Source: Phallusia mammillata (taxonomy: Eukaryota). From it: a stretch of 64,000 nucleotides of DNA. Location of the stretch: positions 11,532,001 through 11,596,000 of the forward strand of contig OZ281495.1 in the NCBI GenBank assembly GCA_965637545.1, written 5' to 3'. Below, in pieces: positions 38,428-51,100 of this stretch. A model generated the notes under the pieces. That model saw only the letters and a list, made by a program, of their open reading frames with translations, was not told the DNA's origin and ran no database searches. The translations under genes were made by a program, and so were the position numbers. Numbering within the stretch: the stretch's first letter is position 1; each line of letters begins with the position of its first letter.

Positions 38428-38699
38428 GTAACTTACGTTAACTTTGACCTTCCTTTTAATTCACCACTGACTTGTAAAAGGATTAAAGCTTTTCTTTTGG
38501 CTTAAAAAAGTGTTTGTTTTTGATAATGAACAATGCTTGCAATGTAATTTTGCATAATGGTTTTTATTTTTTACTATTTTTATGATTGGGTGATCTATTC
38601 CTTAATGTGGTAAACTGCGAAATCAAAAAAATTTCCTCTAAATATTTTTTGACTTCCATTTCGGCGAAATGACATTTGTTAAAAGGTTTACAGTTTACA

Positions 38700-38718
38700 C
38701 ACGTGAGACGTCACGTGA
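38700..38718. promoter_or_regulatory. E-box/CRE-like cluster just outside the transposon end; candidate displaced TRMT5 promoter
   Basis: CACGTG-A-GACGTCA/TCACGTGA packed into 19 bp, 13 bp beyond the right TSD. Function is inferred only. Confidence 0.3.
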
Positions 38719-39145
38719 CGCAAACTTCGAAAGGGAATTTCCCTTTTCTAAGCAAATTATTATCACATTGGTCGGAGCAACATGTTTTCCAAACAAAAAG
38801 ATGTTCGACCAGACGGGTAATCGTGCCATAGGCAAGCCAAATAACTGCATTGAAGTAGTAGAAATATACCAAGTTTTAACAAAATCTCAAAAAGTTCGTC
38901 TTGAAACACAAAAACAAATCGTCTTGAAACACAAAAACGTAGTCACAAAAAAAATGAAATTTTATTAGCGAACAACAGACACAGTATCTTTGTTTAAAAA
39001 TGGTATCTTTATTAATGTTTTTTGTCCGTTATCAAAATCTGTGTTTAAAAATACAAAAATGACATACTTTCCTGCAATATAAACAAATATTTGAAGGACA
39101 AAACAACACACAAGGTATATTATCTAATACAACGTTAAAACTTGA

Positions 39146-42100
39146 TCAATAGGTAACACCAGCGTTTTTTCCCTTCCATCTTTCCTTCAGATCAACTTTA
39201 ACATCGAGGTCACGCAAAGCAGCTTTTGCTTCGTCCTCGAGCACTAAAAAACAAAGAGACCTATCTAGCAATCACTTTGTTTGTTGATGCACGTTGCGCA
39301 TGCCTATTGCATACAATTTACTGCAGAAACTATTCTATGATGAAGATGCTTAGCGGCACGACATGTGATGTGTTGTGCAAAAAAAAAACGACTATCAAAC
39401 GAAATTGCCCACTTATCGAAAAGATAGTGCACAATGCATGATAAGCAAGTTTCATAAACTTACCACTCCAAAGGCGTAACTTTAACCATTTCACTTTACA
39501 TAATTATAAACAGTTTTTTTTTTAGGTTTGGTTTGGGTGACCGCTAAGTAGTTTTAAGAGACCGCAAGTGTTTCATTTAAATACCCAAAAATAGCCATAT
39601 TTGCTTTTTCCCAAATTTTGGGAAACCGCTGGAGAAAAACACCTTAAAAAAACACTGATTATAAATATAGGAACGTGTCTGTTGTATTACATTAACATGT
39701 AGTCGGAATGTCTAAAGAAAGCCGGACACCTAATTGCTTATCCTTATATTTGTACAGTTTAGACTTGAATAAAAAGTTTTCGTTGACGTTACCACTTTTG
39801 TAGTTTTCGCTGGCTTGGCGAATAAGATTTTCTGCACCGTTTTCAATAAACGCAGTTGTGTGATGACGTGTCCTTGCGACTAAATTCCTGATCGCCATGC
39901 AAGCTTGTTTCTGTTTGAAATTAAAATATCCACACTATTTAAAATCACGACACAAAAAAAGTATGATAAATGTAGTGAATTGAAATTTAATTATGTTCTA
40001 TATTTATTCAATTTTACGATATTGTGGTTGTTGAACTTGCGGAGTGTAAAAAATCACCAAACTCCAGATTGTTACACAAATTTAATGTCGCAAAGTTGTG
40101 TTTAAGTGCTCATTTAGTCAACATTTATTTAATAAACCTTAGTAATAAGCGTTAAAAGGAATAGGCCTATGCAGTCTTCCGAGGTTCCACAAGGTCCCAA
40201 CAACTTAATAACATTCGACCTTAAAGTAAGTTGTTGGGAGTTACCTGAACACCAGGTCGATCTTGATGATTACGCATTGCTTGCGTCATCAACGGGGCGG
40301 CGCGCTTCGACATTATGACGTCACAGTGAGATGGGTTACGTAGCGTGAGGGTGGTAAGAGCTGCAAAACATGCTTCACATATCTGTAAAAAAACGTCGTA
40401 ATCTAATAGGTGATTACGCAATCTAAATAGGAGATGGCTTTGCCACTGGTAAATGTTTTGCAAGAAAATTAAGTTACTATTACGTTTAAAAATATGTAAA
40501 AAAACAACATTACACCCAAAAGTTTTTTAACAAACACCACACCAAATGTTAAGTTAAAAATGCGTAAGTTGTTTTCTCAAAATTACCTACCATGACGTGA
40601 AAAACAAAAAATTGGTTACATTTTAAATACAATATTGAAGGCCTGTATGCACAACGCGCTGTGTTGAACAACTACAATATCGTGGTTAAAAGACAAATTA
40701 ACAAACTTTACTACATTCAACACGCAAATGGGTCGTTTCCCAGTAAAACGTATATACACTGGCCGCAAAATATCTTGAAAACATATTACCTGTGCGTTTG
40801 AAGCATGTTCGTCTAATGCTTTCAGCAAATAGTCAACAATGCCTGCTTTTACGACTGCGACCTTAACTTCGTCATTTCCACTGATTGCTTTTAGTAAAGT
40901 GATGCACGATTTAATGACGACCTATAGAAATTGAGAGTGCAAACTGTAAATGAGTGTGTTTGGCGTATATCTTCGGTACAAACTGTTCCATACAAATAGT
41001 ACAACCGATACAATACAAACAAACAAGCAAAAGTAAAATAAAGAGCAAAATGTCTTTGCTGCAACAGGCTCGCACAACAGAAAAGCAACTATTATTTCTT
41101 TACGATCATAAAAATCAATATCTTAGTTGTAACCTTCGCTTTTACTTTTAAATAAAAGTATTTGGTCCAAAACTTGGGTTGGCGGACGCCTTAGGGTTCT
41201 TAGCCTATTCCTAGGGGCCCGTGACTCTGCTAAAATTTTAAAAGGGTTTGCGTGCTACGAAAAGGTTTGGTTTTAAGTTTGCTATAGTTAAAAATGACGA
41301 ACAGAAAGAAAAATACATTTGACACGGAAAACATTAACGTTTTGAAAATGATTGTGTTTAAGAAAGGAATTGTGACATTCTGAAACAAAATGTAAACAAA
41401 CGTACTATTCATCTTCTTAATCAACATTGCTAAAGGTTAAAGCAAATTTAAGATAAAGTGGATGACGCGCTTAAGAGCGCGATACGCCTCAGTGCAGGGT
41501 ACTCTAAATAATGACCTAATTGTGGTTCAGATAACCCCTACCAAGTGAATGTTAACGACAAATTGAGAAAAGAAGCTGAAGGGTAAACGCGACAAGTCAG
41601 GCGTAACGGAGACGCGTTCCACTCCACCGAGCACAAGTCACGCCGAAAGCCTGGTATTTTGTAATGTCAGCTACACGAGTCAGTTTACGACTACCCTCAG
41701 GAATGCAAGACGTGAGTTGTAGGACATGAGATCATTCAGAGAGTTAACACATCTTGTTTTAGTTTTCTGTTTCCTATTCGTTTTAGAACAATTATAGCAG
41801 CATATTACACTATGTAATTAAAAGGATGTGCAGTAGTTTTTAAACAGCGATGATGCTTTGAATGATAAAATAGGAGAAAAAAATCGCCTTTTTTAGCGTG
41901 AGGCTTTTTCAGCAATGTGTAATTTTAGTGCACAGCAACGTATTTGTTGATGTAACATTTGTTTGGTTTGTCAAATTTTTTAGAAATGTTTGTGCACCGA
42001 GATCAAGGTTGAAACCGCGTTGGAAAGACTTTGATTGGAATTTGATGTTTCGATTGAAAGCTAGTTGCAATTCTCGTTTTGTACACTAAATTCTAGTGAA

Positions 42101-45100
42101 GCAAATTCACTGACGGGTTTTATCCAGTAATATTTAAATAAAAAGAAAAAAGCGACAGCATCAGTAAAAAAAAAATTTTCTTTTACATTTTTACGCGGAT
42201 TTTTCTCAACTGGTACAATATCACAACGAGAGTCAGTACAGTAATTGACCATTTGGGGGCCACCCATCGGACATTAACTAAACACACATAAAAGCACAAA
42301 CGGGTAATGTTGTTTCGTGGCGACCGGTGATGCGCTGACCTGTGCAAACAAACTCACACATCAGAGATGACCGCTCAGGCAGAGTGAGTCAATTATCGTT
42401 TGGCTCGTTGAAGTGCTTGGACAGTGAATGTAGACGCACTTTCTTAGACTTGTACCACAGTTTTTAGAGAAAGATTTAAAGAACAAATTGTCTGTGATTC
42501 GTTCGCAGGTCTCGTTCGGTTTACATTGATAAAATGAAAAGTGTAGTGAAGAATTTTTGAAAGTGGTGAAATATTGAAGAAATGCAACAAATAGTTGGAA
42601 CCTAACAAAACAAATTTTTAAGTTAATGTGCTGATTTTTCTTTATTTGACAACGCTTTAACAATTGCTGTGTCACCAGTTCCAAAATATGTTTACAGCGA
42701 TGGTCGGTCAATGCAGTTCGTTAAAAAAACATTTTAAGACTTTTTGTGCACAGAATGATCAAAAAAGCCAAACGTATTTGACAAAAAAGGTTTGTATTGT
42801 ACCTAAACAACACATACAGCACGCTAAAAGACAGTCCTGTAGCGTCTGGTGACATAATCCCACATAGGTAGAAACCGCCAACCACACGGGGAACAACCTT
42901 CTTACCCATAACCCTGTAAAACGCAGTCTAGGCATCGTGGGCGCTACGAATAAAACATGACTCAATGGGAGTGAATGAATCGCTCGTAAAATATGGTGGT
43001 CTCAATTATTCATGTTTTGTATAGTAGTAAAAAAACATAGCTTGGACCGTTTAGATAAGGCTTGTTTCCGTGTTTACAGTTGTGTATTATATTTACCGAC
43101 GAGTTTTTGTTTACAAAAGTCTTTTTCCACCATGAGAAGGCTGGATATACATCTATGTATTTATAATCGTTTATAAGAAACCGTTCTACACCAGGCAGTA
43201 GACGTTTTACGTTGTCCACCTTAAACAATTTATTAAACCCTGTGAAAAAATATTGTCAATGTATCACATGCTAAAGCAGTAACGACATAAAGACAAAACG
43301 TCCAGAAACAACAATAGTACTGGACCCTTGTAACCTAAATGAATTTTATATTACCCTAGGTTCAATTTAGGAACCTATCAATTCGAAAAAATACAATAAC
43401 GTCATAATGTATTGGGACTTTATTTTTTACTTGTCCCATATAACTACATGATCGCGCAATTTCAGTCAAACAAGACCAAACGCTTCGAGGCATGCGAGCA
43501 GCCGACCCCTGACAAAACTGATCGAGCGTTTGTGTACGATGTCATAAACAGATCGTACTCCAGTAGAGGGGCAGCAATTAAAGTTTTTCACTACTGTCGA
43601 GCGATAGCGGAGAGTTTAAATAGTTCGATTGTTTCTGCCTCGTAACAGGAGAAGCGCATTGATGCCGTTCAATTGTTTCAATTTGTCGTAAAACACGCGA
43701 CGATTTACGAGCTCTGCTTGCTAGAAAGACTATTTGGAGAGGTCCATACAAATGCTGGTATATTTTTAACATACAAAACAGGTGTTGTAAGCAGTAACTT
43801 CGTTAAAAAGATACTGCTGGTCTTAACGTTTGTGCCGAGTTATAGATTTAGGTGGTTCAGGAAAAAACGTTTTGATGTTGATTTGCAAAGGGTGTAAATA
43901 CATTGAAAAGGATATTGCTGATAGTTGAAGGTTCATTGAATTTTGAATGTAGTGTATGCTAGAAAGCGTTCAAGTTTATGAATACTGGTAACAATTCGCT
44001 CCTTTGGTTTGGATTTTACTTGGTTGCGATAAACTATCATTTTTCAAAGCTATATCGTAACAGCAAAAAACTAAAATCATTTGAATGTGATGTCTAAATT
44101 TTAAGTTATGTTTAACTTTGACTAAATATTCAGTGAAAGGCAGTTTTTAATTTGTCTTAAACTTGCCTACAGTATGTGCTGCCTAGTCTCATCGAAGTAC
44201 AACTAGTCGAAATTCGACTAATATTGCCTTGGTTTTCTTTCATTTTTTCATAATTTCCGAATGTAATCAAATTGTAACTTAAAATCCCCAAACGTTTTTG
44301 GTTTTGACCTTGAGTGATCACCATAGCTTAGGCAATCACCAAAGTGGCTGTGCAGGATTTATGGAGTTTCATCTCTACAACATGACGGTTTAATGCTATA
44401 AAATCCAGGGATCAATACGTCACAATGCGATTAAATCCGGAAAACGTTCAACGTGGCCACGGAAAAAGTCGATGGAAGTTTTAATTGCGCTGCAGCAACA
44501 TAGTATACCAGCAACACCAGGTCAGCATGAAAGCACAATTTGAAAGCAGAGATATACTATGTGCAATGGAATTTAAAAAACACCATTTTGTGTATGTTCA
44601 GAAACGATTTTGTGCAAAGGCATGCGTGTATATACAGTCTGAAAAGGAATGTATTTTTGTTGAATTAAACGTTTTCGACTGGATTTTTTATATTAGCAGA
44701 CCAACAACGCGTTAAGAGGTACAAAGTGGTAATCTAGAAATGCATTAGCATTTTGCAACAGCGGTTTTTAGCAGCCAAGTAGTAAAATGGACCTTGTAGG
44801 TCCGAACGGTGTGCACTGTCTGCAGCTACTATGGTGGCGCATTTGAATTACTTCCAACAAAAATGTGATTCAATACTTCTGATTAGCACAGTGCAAAACA
44901 CTAATTTGTTCCTCCAAGTCGACAACGGTTTAAAACGCTTCATGTAGTTTTCGACGTTGCGGCAACTCGGTAAAAGTTTTGGCTTGAAAGCGTAAAGTTG
45001 TGTTTGCGGTAAAATAGTTTTTTGTATGAAATGATGAGAAGGCTCGGATACAGTCGACGCAGTGAGTGATTATCAGCGACAAATTGCCGCGGGGCTCAGT

Positions 45101-48100
45101 AAAAAAGGCTTGGCCGATTTGAGTACGGTCTGATTGCTGAAAATGTGAACTTTCATACGTTAATGATGATGCTGCTTACAATAGTTTGACGTGACACTAT
45201 GGCGATGTTTGTTTGGTGAAGGTATTACCTGTTGTGATTAGCGCAGTACAGAACAGTTTCCAAAAATATTAAGAGAGTAAATTTTTAGAAATAGCAATGG
45301 TCTGTATTTGGCCAGGAAATCTTTGCATAGTGTTGGAAGCATGCAAAAAGCTTATTAGGGTTTTGCCTCGAACCAAAAAAAAAACGTTAAACCTCGTGCA
45401 TGCGCGAAACAAATATATTACTTATTGCTTAGGTCCCTTGTGGGATTAATCTACGCATCTTAAAAATGGAAACTAAACGTAATTTCGATATGACAGAAAA
45501 TGGTAGTGATATAATGGCACTGAAACAGTCACTAAGCCAACAGCACGAAATTGCCAAATGTGCAACATAAGCAATGAGAAATAACTAGTTTTGACTGGAT
45601 ATGTCGTTGTAGTTGAACGACATTCGGCAACATTTGTCAAGTACGTCTTTAAACGCCTCTGAATGTAAAGCGAGAGGAAAAGAAGGGTGCTTAAGCAGAA
45701 TAGGATTCATTTGGGGTCAATTACAACGTACAGAAGGTGCAATCAAATGCGTATTGTGAAGTCGAAAGCAAAATTTAAGTTGAGTTAAAAATCACTATTT
45801 AGGTATGTTCTGTTTTTTGTATTGTTTAATACTAGGTAATCAAGTTGTTTGCCGACATTTAAACATAAAATTGTTTGAAATAATGGACGAAGTTTTGGCA
45901 GCTATATATGAGTCGAGTTGAGTACGTTTCGCATTACACTTCTCCAAAAAAATAAACTTGGTTCGAGGTTGATACCTTGATAGACTTAAGACTGAAGTCC
46001 TGGAACACTTATCTTAACTTGAGACTCGAATGATAAGACTTCCCAAAAAGCTGGTACACACGCAATAATAACATTTTATAACTTTATATCGTTTTACATG
46101 TGGCCACTATTTGCAAACGAACCTATACTTTTAACAACGCTCTTTTATAGATCAGCAGTTTATAGGCAAACGTTTCGATGATATTCAGTTAAGTTTTGTA
46201 ATGTTTAAACCGAAAATGAAGGAGACCACAGGATATCGTATCAAGTTGGTTGGAAATGCCGATACAGTGAAGCGTATGATCGCATCATTGTACATCGTTG
46301 ACACCAAAAAGCAAAACCAAATCATAAAGGTCAGTGCCTTTAAGGTGTATTGGTAAATTTTAGTTGGAAAACTTCACAGTTGGCCTTATTAGGAGAAGAT
46401 CTGTTTGGCTATGAGGTAAAAGCTGGGGCGCAATCTTCTACCCAATTGCGGATTCAAGCCCACGAACTTGGGGTTAAGAACATTTGTTGGAAAATTCAAA
46501 AACTCCAGCAGACCCACATTTTTTTCCATTTTGAGATTGTATGTCCAATAGATGCACCCAGTTGTAGGATTCAAATTTTTTGTCAGTTGGTTCTATCACA
46601 AAAGTCATATTTTTCAGTCGAATCTCAAAAATCGGTGTGTCAGATAAGATGAAAAAATCCATTGGCAGTAACCAGTGATGCTAACAGGTTCGCTGATCTC
46701 AAAAAAATCCTGAGACGGTTCTACAGAACCGGTGCGACCCGGCTGAATCCCACCACTGGATGCACAATATTCTAGATTTAAGCCAATCAGGAAAAGATTT
46801 AGTTGCAGTAGCAGTTACTAGTATGTACTTTTTGGTAGGTATGTGTATGCGATGACCTTCCGCATGTTCTTCACGCGGTCGAGGCTCAACAGAGAGCAGC
46901 TCCGTCACACGAGTTACTGGAGACGGGCCTCACACTGCAAGTCGGATACGGAAGAAGTCTCACCATAGCAGCGAAGGAGGCACACGACGACGAAGACTTG
47001 TGTGTTATATCGCCGCAACGCGAGGTTGGTGCCATGACACAGGATTACTTTAAATTAAATTAGGAAGATTTTGGACTTCGGAAAATGGTGTGTTGAAAGT
47101 GCGTGTCTATTTCTATGAACATATGGTTGGTTCGTCCCACCTTACGAAACTTGTCGACATAAAGTGATTAGTACTGTGTATCCCGAGGTTACAAGCAAAA
47201 CTTTCAGTTTAGGCATTTCTTGAAAAAAGCGAAAATTAAAAAAATATTTGCTTTGATTGATACAACTGGAATTTATAACTTAGAAATCGATGGAAAATGA
47301 TGTTTTAGTTCGTCAGCAGTAAACAGTTTTTAAATGCCACTTTTAGCTGCGATTTTCGGAAAAAACCTCTCTTTTTACCTTGTAACACATATTAGACACG
47401 TTTCAAATCCACCAGCCATCACTTAAAACCATAATGACAGAAGTATAATTGAAAGTTTAGAAGTAAAGAATGATGCGTATATTCGTAGCAAAATGTTTTT
47501 GTCTGTCACAATATACTACTTTTTTGACACATTAGGCTCGTTTCAAATCACCAGACATAGGAACCAACCCAGTCGCATCAAAGTTCCACCAAGCCAGCGG
47601 TAAATTTGAAACCTTCTTCGCAGGTGGTAATTCCAAACCATGCAGTATGGGAACCGAACGCAGCCTTCGCAACTGACTTTCACATTCAGCTTCGGCGTCC
47701 ACACGAAGATGCTGCGCTCCAAATCTCAATTACATCCCAGGATGAGCACGGAAGCGACATTCCTCTCAACGTTCCTCCTCGCATTCGGCTTGCGTGGCAT
47801 CCAAAGGATGTTGCGGGAGTACAGAGGATCAGGAAGACTTGGGAGGAAACAGAAGATAGAGTTGCCCAGCAGACTAACACGTTGCCCAGGTAACCGTCTT
47901 TTCAGCTGTCCGAACATTTTATATGTCCAATTAGACCAGCGGTTCCCAAACTGGGGTCCGCGGTCCTTTAGGGGTCCGTGAGGCAATTTTGGGGGGACCG
48001 CGAAGCGGGTAAAGTAATTCTATAATCTTATTTAGCGTCAGTTTGTGCCACTGAATAAGTTTAAATCAAGAGAATTGAGAAATCGATTGTCTCCATTGCT

Positions 48101-51100
48101 AAACAATAGCCTTTATTGAATGACAACTATCAAAAACGCAATTGTTCGCGCACAATCGTGCTACTTTTTATCTTATCTGTAATGTCACAAGCTGTTTTTA
48201 GAGTTTAGATTTAGATCATTATTATGCGCAATTTTGCATTACTAGCGAAAACCCTGCAATCAACTTTCGTTTTTCTGAAATACACATTCCAGCTTAAGGA
48301 CCGCGAGCCCTCGAAATAATGGCAAAGGGACCGTTTTGACAAAATAATGAAAAAGTCTGAAGGCATTACCCATTTTGGAAGACATAAAACTTTACCTTAA
48401 TGGTTGGACAACATCATATCTTGTTCTAGTGGCATCGTTAAAGACTCCTTCGAGGACATGTTTAACATTGCATACTGTCAATGGAAGCATTTTCTATACA
48501 TCAACGTTAACTCCTGTTCCCATTTATACAGTAAAAAGATAACAAGTCACTTTTTTTAGAGGTAAACCTTAGAAAAGAATAGTGAACCGAAACAAAACTT
48601 TTGACTGTTTGCAGACACAACCCTCAAACGCCACCATCGCAACGAAAGAGCAGTTCTCTGCCTCGATATCAACAACCGATGTATCAGGGAATAGAGAAGA
48701 TGTTGCAAGATCGCACGACGTCGCCACGCAACCACGAGAGTACCTCGCCACGACTACAGGACTACAATCACAACGATAGAATCTCGCGGTACGGCGGAAG
48801 ACCAGTAGCGGTACAGGATAAGAATTGGAACGTTGTGACTTCACCCACCTTTAACAATGACCAAAAGAGTAAGGATGTTTCCGACGAGGAATTGCCGCAG
48901 TGGGCTAAAGGCCTTGGGGAACAATTTGACTATGACGATGTGGTTGTGGTTTGAAGGAGTTTTGTATGGAGCGGGGTTGGGTTTAGCTGTCCAAGGTTTT
49001 TGGAGAGGCTGCATAGGCCTGAAGTACTTCTTTTGAAGTTTTTTTTCTCTAGATCTTTTCAGCAGTTCCATTTTGTAATTAAGTTGTGTGATAGATAGAG
49101 CACAGACCGTTGAACAGAGAAAAACCAAAACCAAAGTTATATTGACCAATCAAATCAATGGAAGGTGGTTAGTTGAACAACTTACCCCCTGTCTTTGATT
49201 TACGCAGCTTTTAACTAACACTTGCACAAGTATAACCTTTAGGAAATTTGCACAAGTAAAACCAATAAATAATGCGAATACTGACCTCTTTGCAAACTGA
49301 CAAACTATTTGTGTTGTTTGTTTGTTTGTTTTTACCACATTTGCAGTATTAGTAGACATTTTGTGTACAATTTTTGTTTTAGATAAAACCTATGTCTTGC
49401 CATTTTTTGGAAATGTTGTTCTAACAATTAACATGTGAAACATCTGACATCAGATCGAATTCTAACAGATATTGTTGAAAATACAAAAAAAGATGATGTT
49501 TGGTTTGTACTTTTGTAGGTTTACAATTTGCATCATATTTCATGTGGTTAAGGCAAATGTTTGCTGCCAGTAATTTGATCAAATTATTTGTAAAGCTTCA
49601 CTGCGACATTAATAAATAATTTGTAAGGTACAGTTTTATGGAACATACACAAAATGAAAAACTTCGTACAATATTAGTCTGCAATTACGTTACATAACAA
49701 TAGGTTAACTGCATGTATGTTTAATAATGTAAATGTGTTCACATTTTATTTGGAAGAGAGTAACAACCCAATATGTTAGAAATTATAACAAACTGGTTGA
49801 TAAGATAAGAAAAACAACTGTAAACTAACTTGTTTCTCCAAATGAAAGTTGAATATTCTATTGATGACCTCTAAACCACCAAGGTCAACAAACTGCTGAC
49901 AAAACTCATTTCGTACCATGAGATTACTGAGGGTCAGACAAAGCTCTTTTGCCAATACAGCATCTTCCTCATGCACTGTAAAAAGTTGTGTTTAATTTCA
50001 AAACATGTGGCCAAAGAATTGGCCATATTTTATCAGTAAAATTTATACACATTATATATGCACAAAAACTAAATTTGTTTACTGCAAGATTTGTTCAAAA
50101 TTGTTTTAAAAATACACACACCAAGCTCAAGGGGTTAGTTTATCAATATATAACAAAACAAACTTATTGGCAAAAGACAAAACTCTTTAAATAAAAGTGC
50201 ACAAAACTGTACATTTTTTACTTATCAATCTGACCTTTCAGTAATTCAAACAGCCTCTCTATTCCCTTGTGGTCATTTACAACCTTCTTTATGTGTTCAT
50301 GGGCCTTACCAAACTGCACACGAACATCATCATCAAGTGCAAGGCATCGCAAAACCCCACAAACTTCCTTGATCACATTTTCCACTTCTACATTAAAAAT
50401 CATCAACACATTTAAATACAATAGAAACCCAGATTCATAATTAAACATTCAAATGTAAAAAATAGTATATTTTGAGGGACGTACCCTGATGTTGCTCTGC
50501 AGTTTTTAGTGATTTTTCGATCCCACCCTGTTTAACAAAATGTACCCTGTTTCCTTCATGTTTTGTGCAGCAAAGTTTTAGATTTTTTAAGGCAACAGCC
50601 TGGATTTCCGCAGAGTGTGTCTCTGAAGTAAATGAAACTCAGTCGGTCATGCATTGCTATTGTTACCATTGTAGTCTTACCAACCTGCAAGCAATTCTAA
50701 CAGAAAAACAATTTCCTGGTTTTGAATTAAATCAGGTTGGCCATCCAAAAGGCAGGAAAACGTTTCTAAACATGCTGAATAGAAACAGGGCTGGTTACAT
50801 AAGATAAAAAAAAATGTTGTCCATACATGTGAGAAAATACCAAACACACAATTAAACAAAACTGTTTAATGCACAGTGAGAGAAAATTAAAGATTTTTTG
50901 GGTATCTTAAGTATTATATTCAATCCAACTGCACTTTGTTAAAGTCAATAGCATTTACAACCACAACAATGGCAGTTTATTACTAGTTGTTGGTTGTGTT
51001 GATTATAAGCAAACTTTTGTATTTCAAACAAAAAATCTGGATTACCTTATTTACTATAAACAACCTGTCTAAACCAATAACAAATCTTAAATTATATAAA

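Larger units (their letters stand above)
28809..38679 (-). mobile_element. Complete 9,871-bp Mutator/NOF-like DNA transposon with transposase-Ulp1-USP fusion and internal tandem arrays
   Basis: Left end ACCACCGTCATTTCGCCGAAATGAGAATTC...GGAAAT...TGATTT...GTTTACCA. Right end (reverse complement) ACAAATGTCATTTCGCCGAAATGGAAGTC...GGAAAT...TGATTT...GTTTACCA. These form a ~70-bp imperfect TIR. Exact TSD TAAAAGGT at 28801-28808 and 38680-38687. The element encloses a DDE transposase ORF. Confidence 0.9.

Noticed and set aside
42361-43900. Several 60-116-aa ORFs in the ARMC6 intron (weak galactosyltransferase- or MBOAT-like words)
   Set aside because: They could not be joined into a consistent spliced frame, and the resemblances are too short.
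47066-47163. Extra exon RFWTSENGVLKVRVYFYE in the nested gene
   Set aside because: It would need a ~35-39-nt intron, and direct phase-0 splicing 47024 to 47624 gives a better UPA alignment.
48841-49149. 102-aa minus-strand ORF with a signal-peptide-like start
   Set aside because: It lies in the ARMC6 intron, antisense to the nested gene's last exon and 3'UTR, with no motif or splice support.
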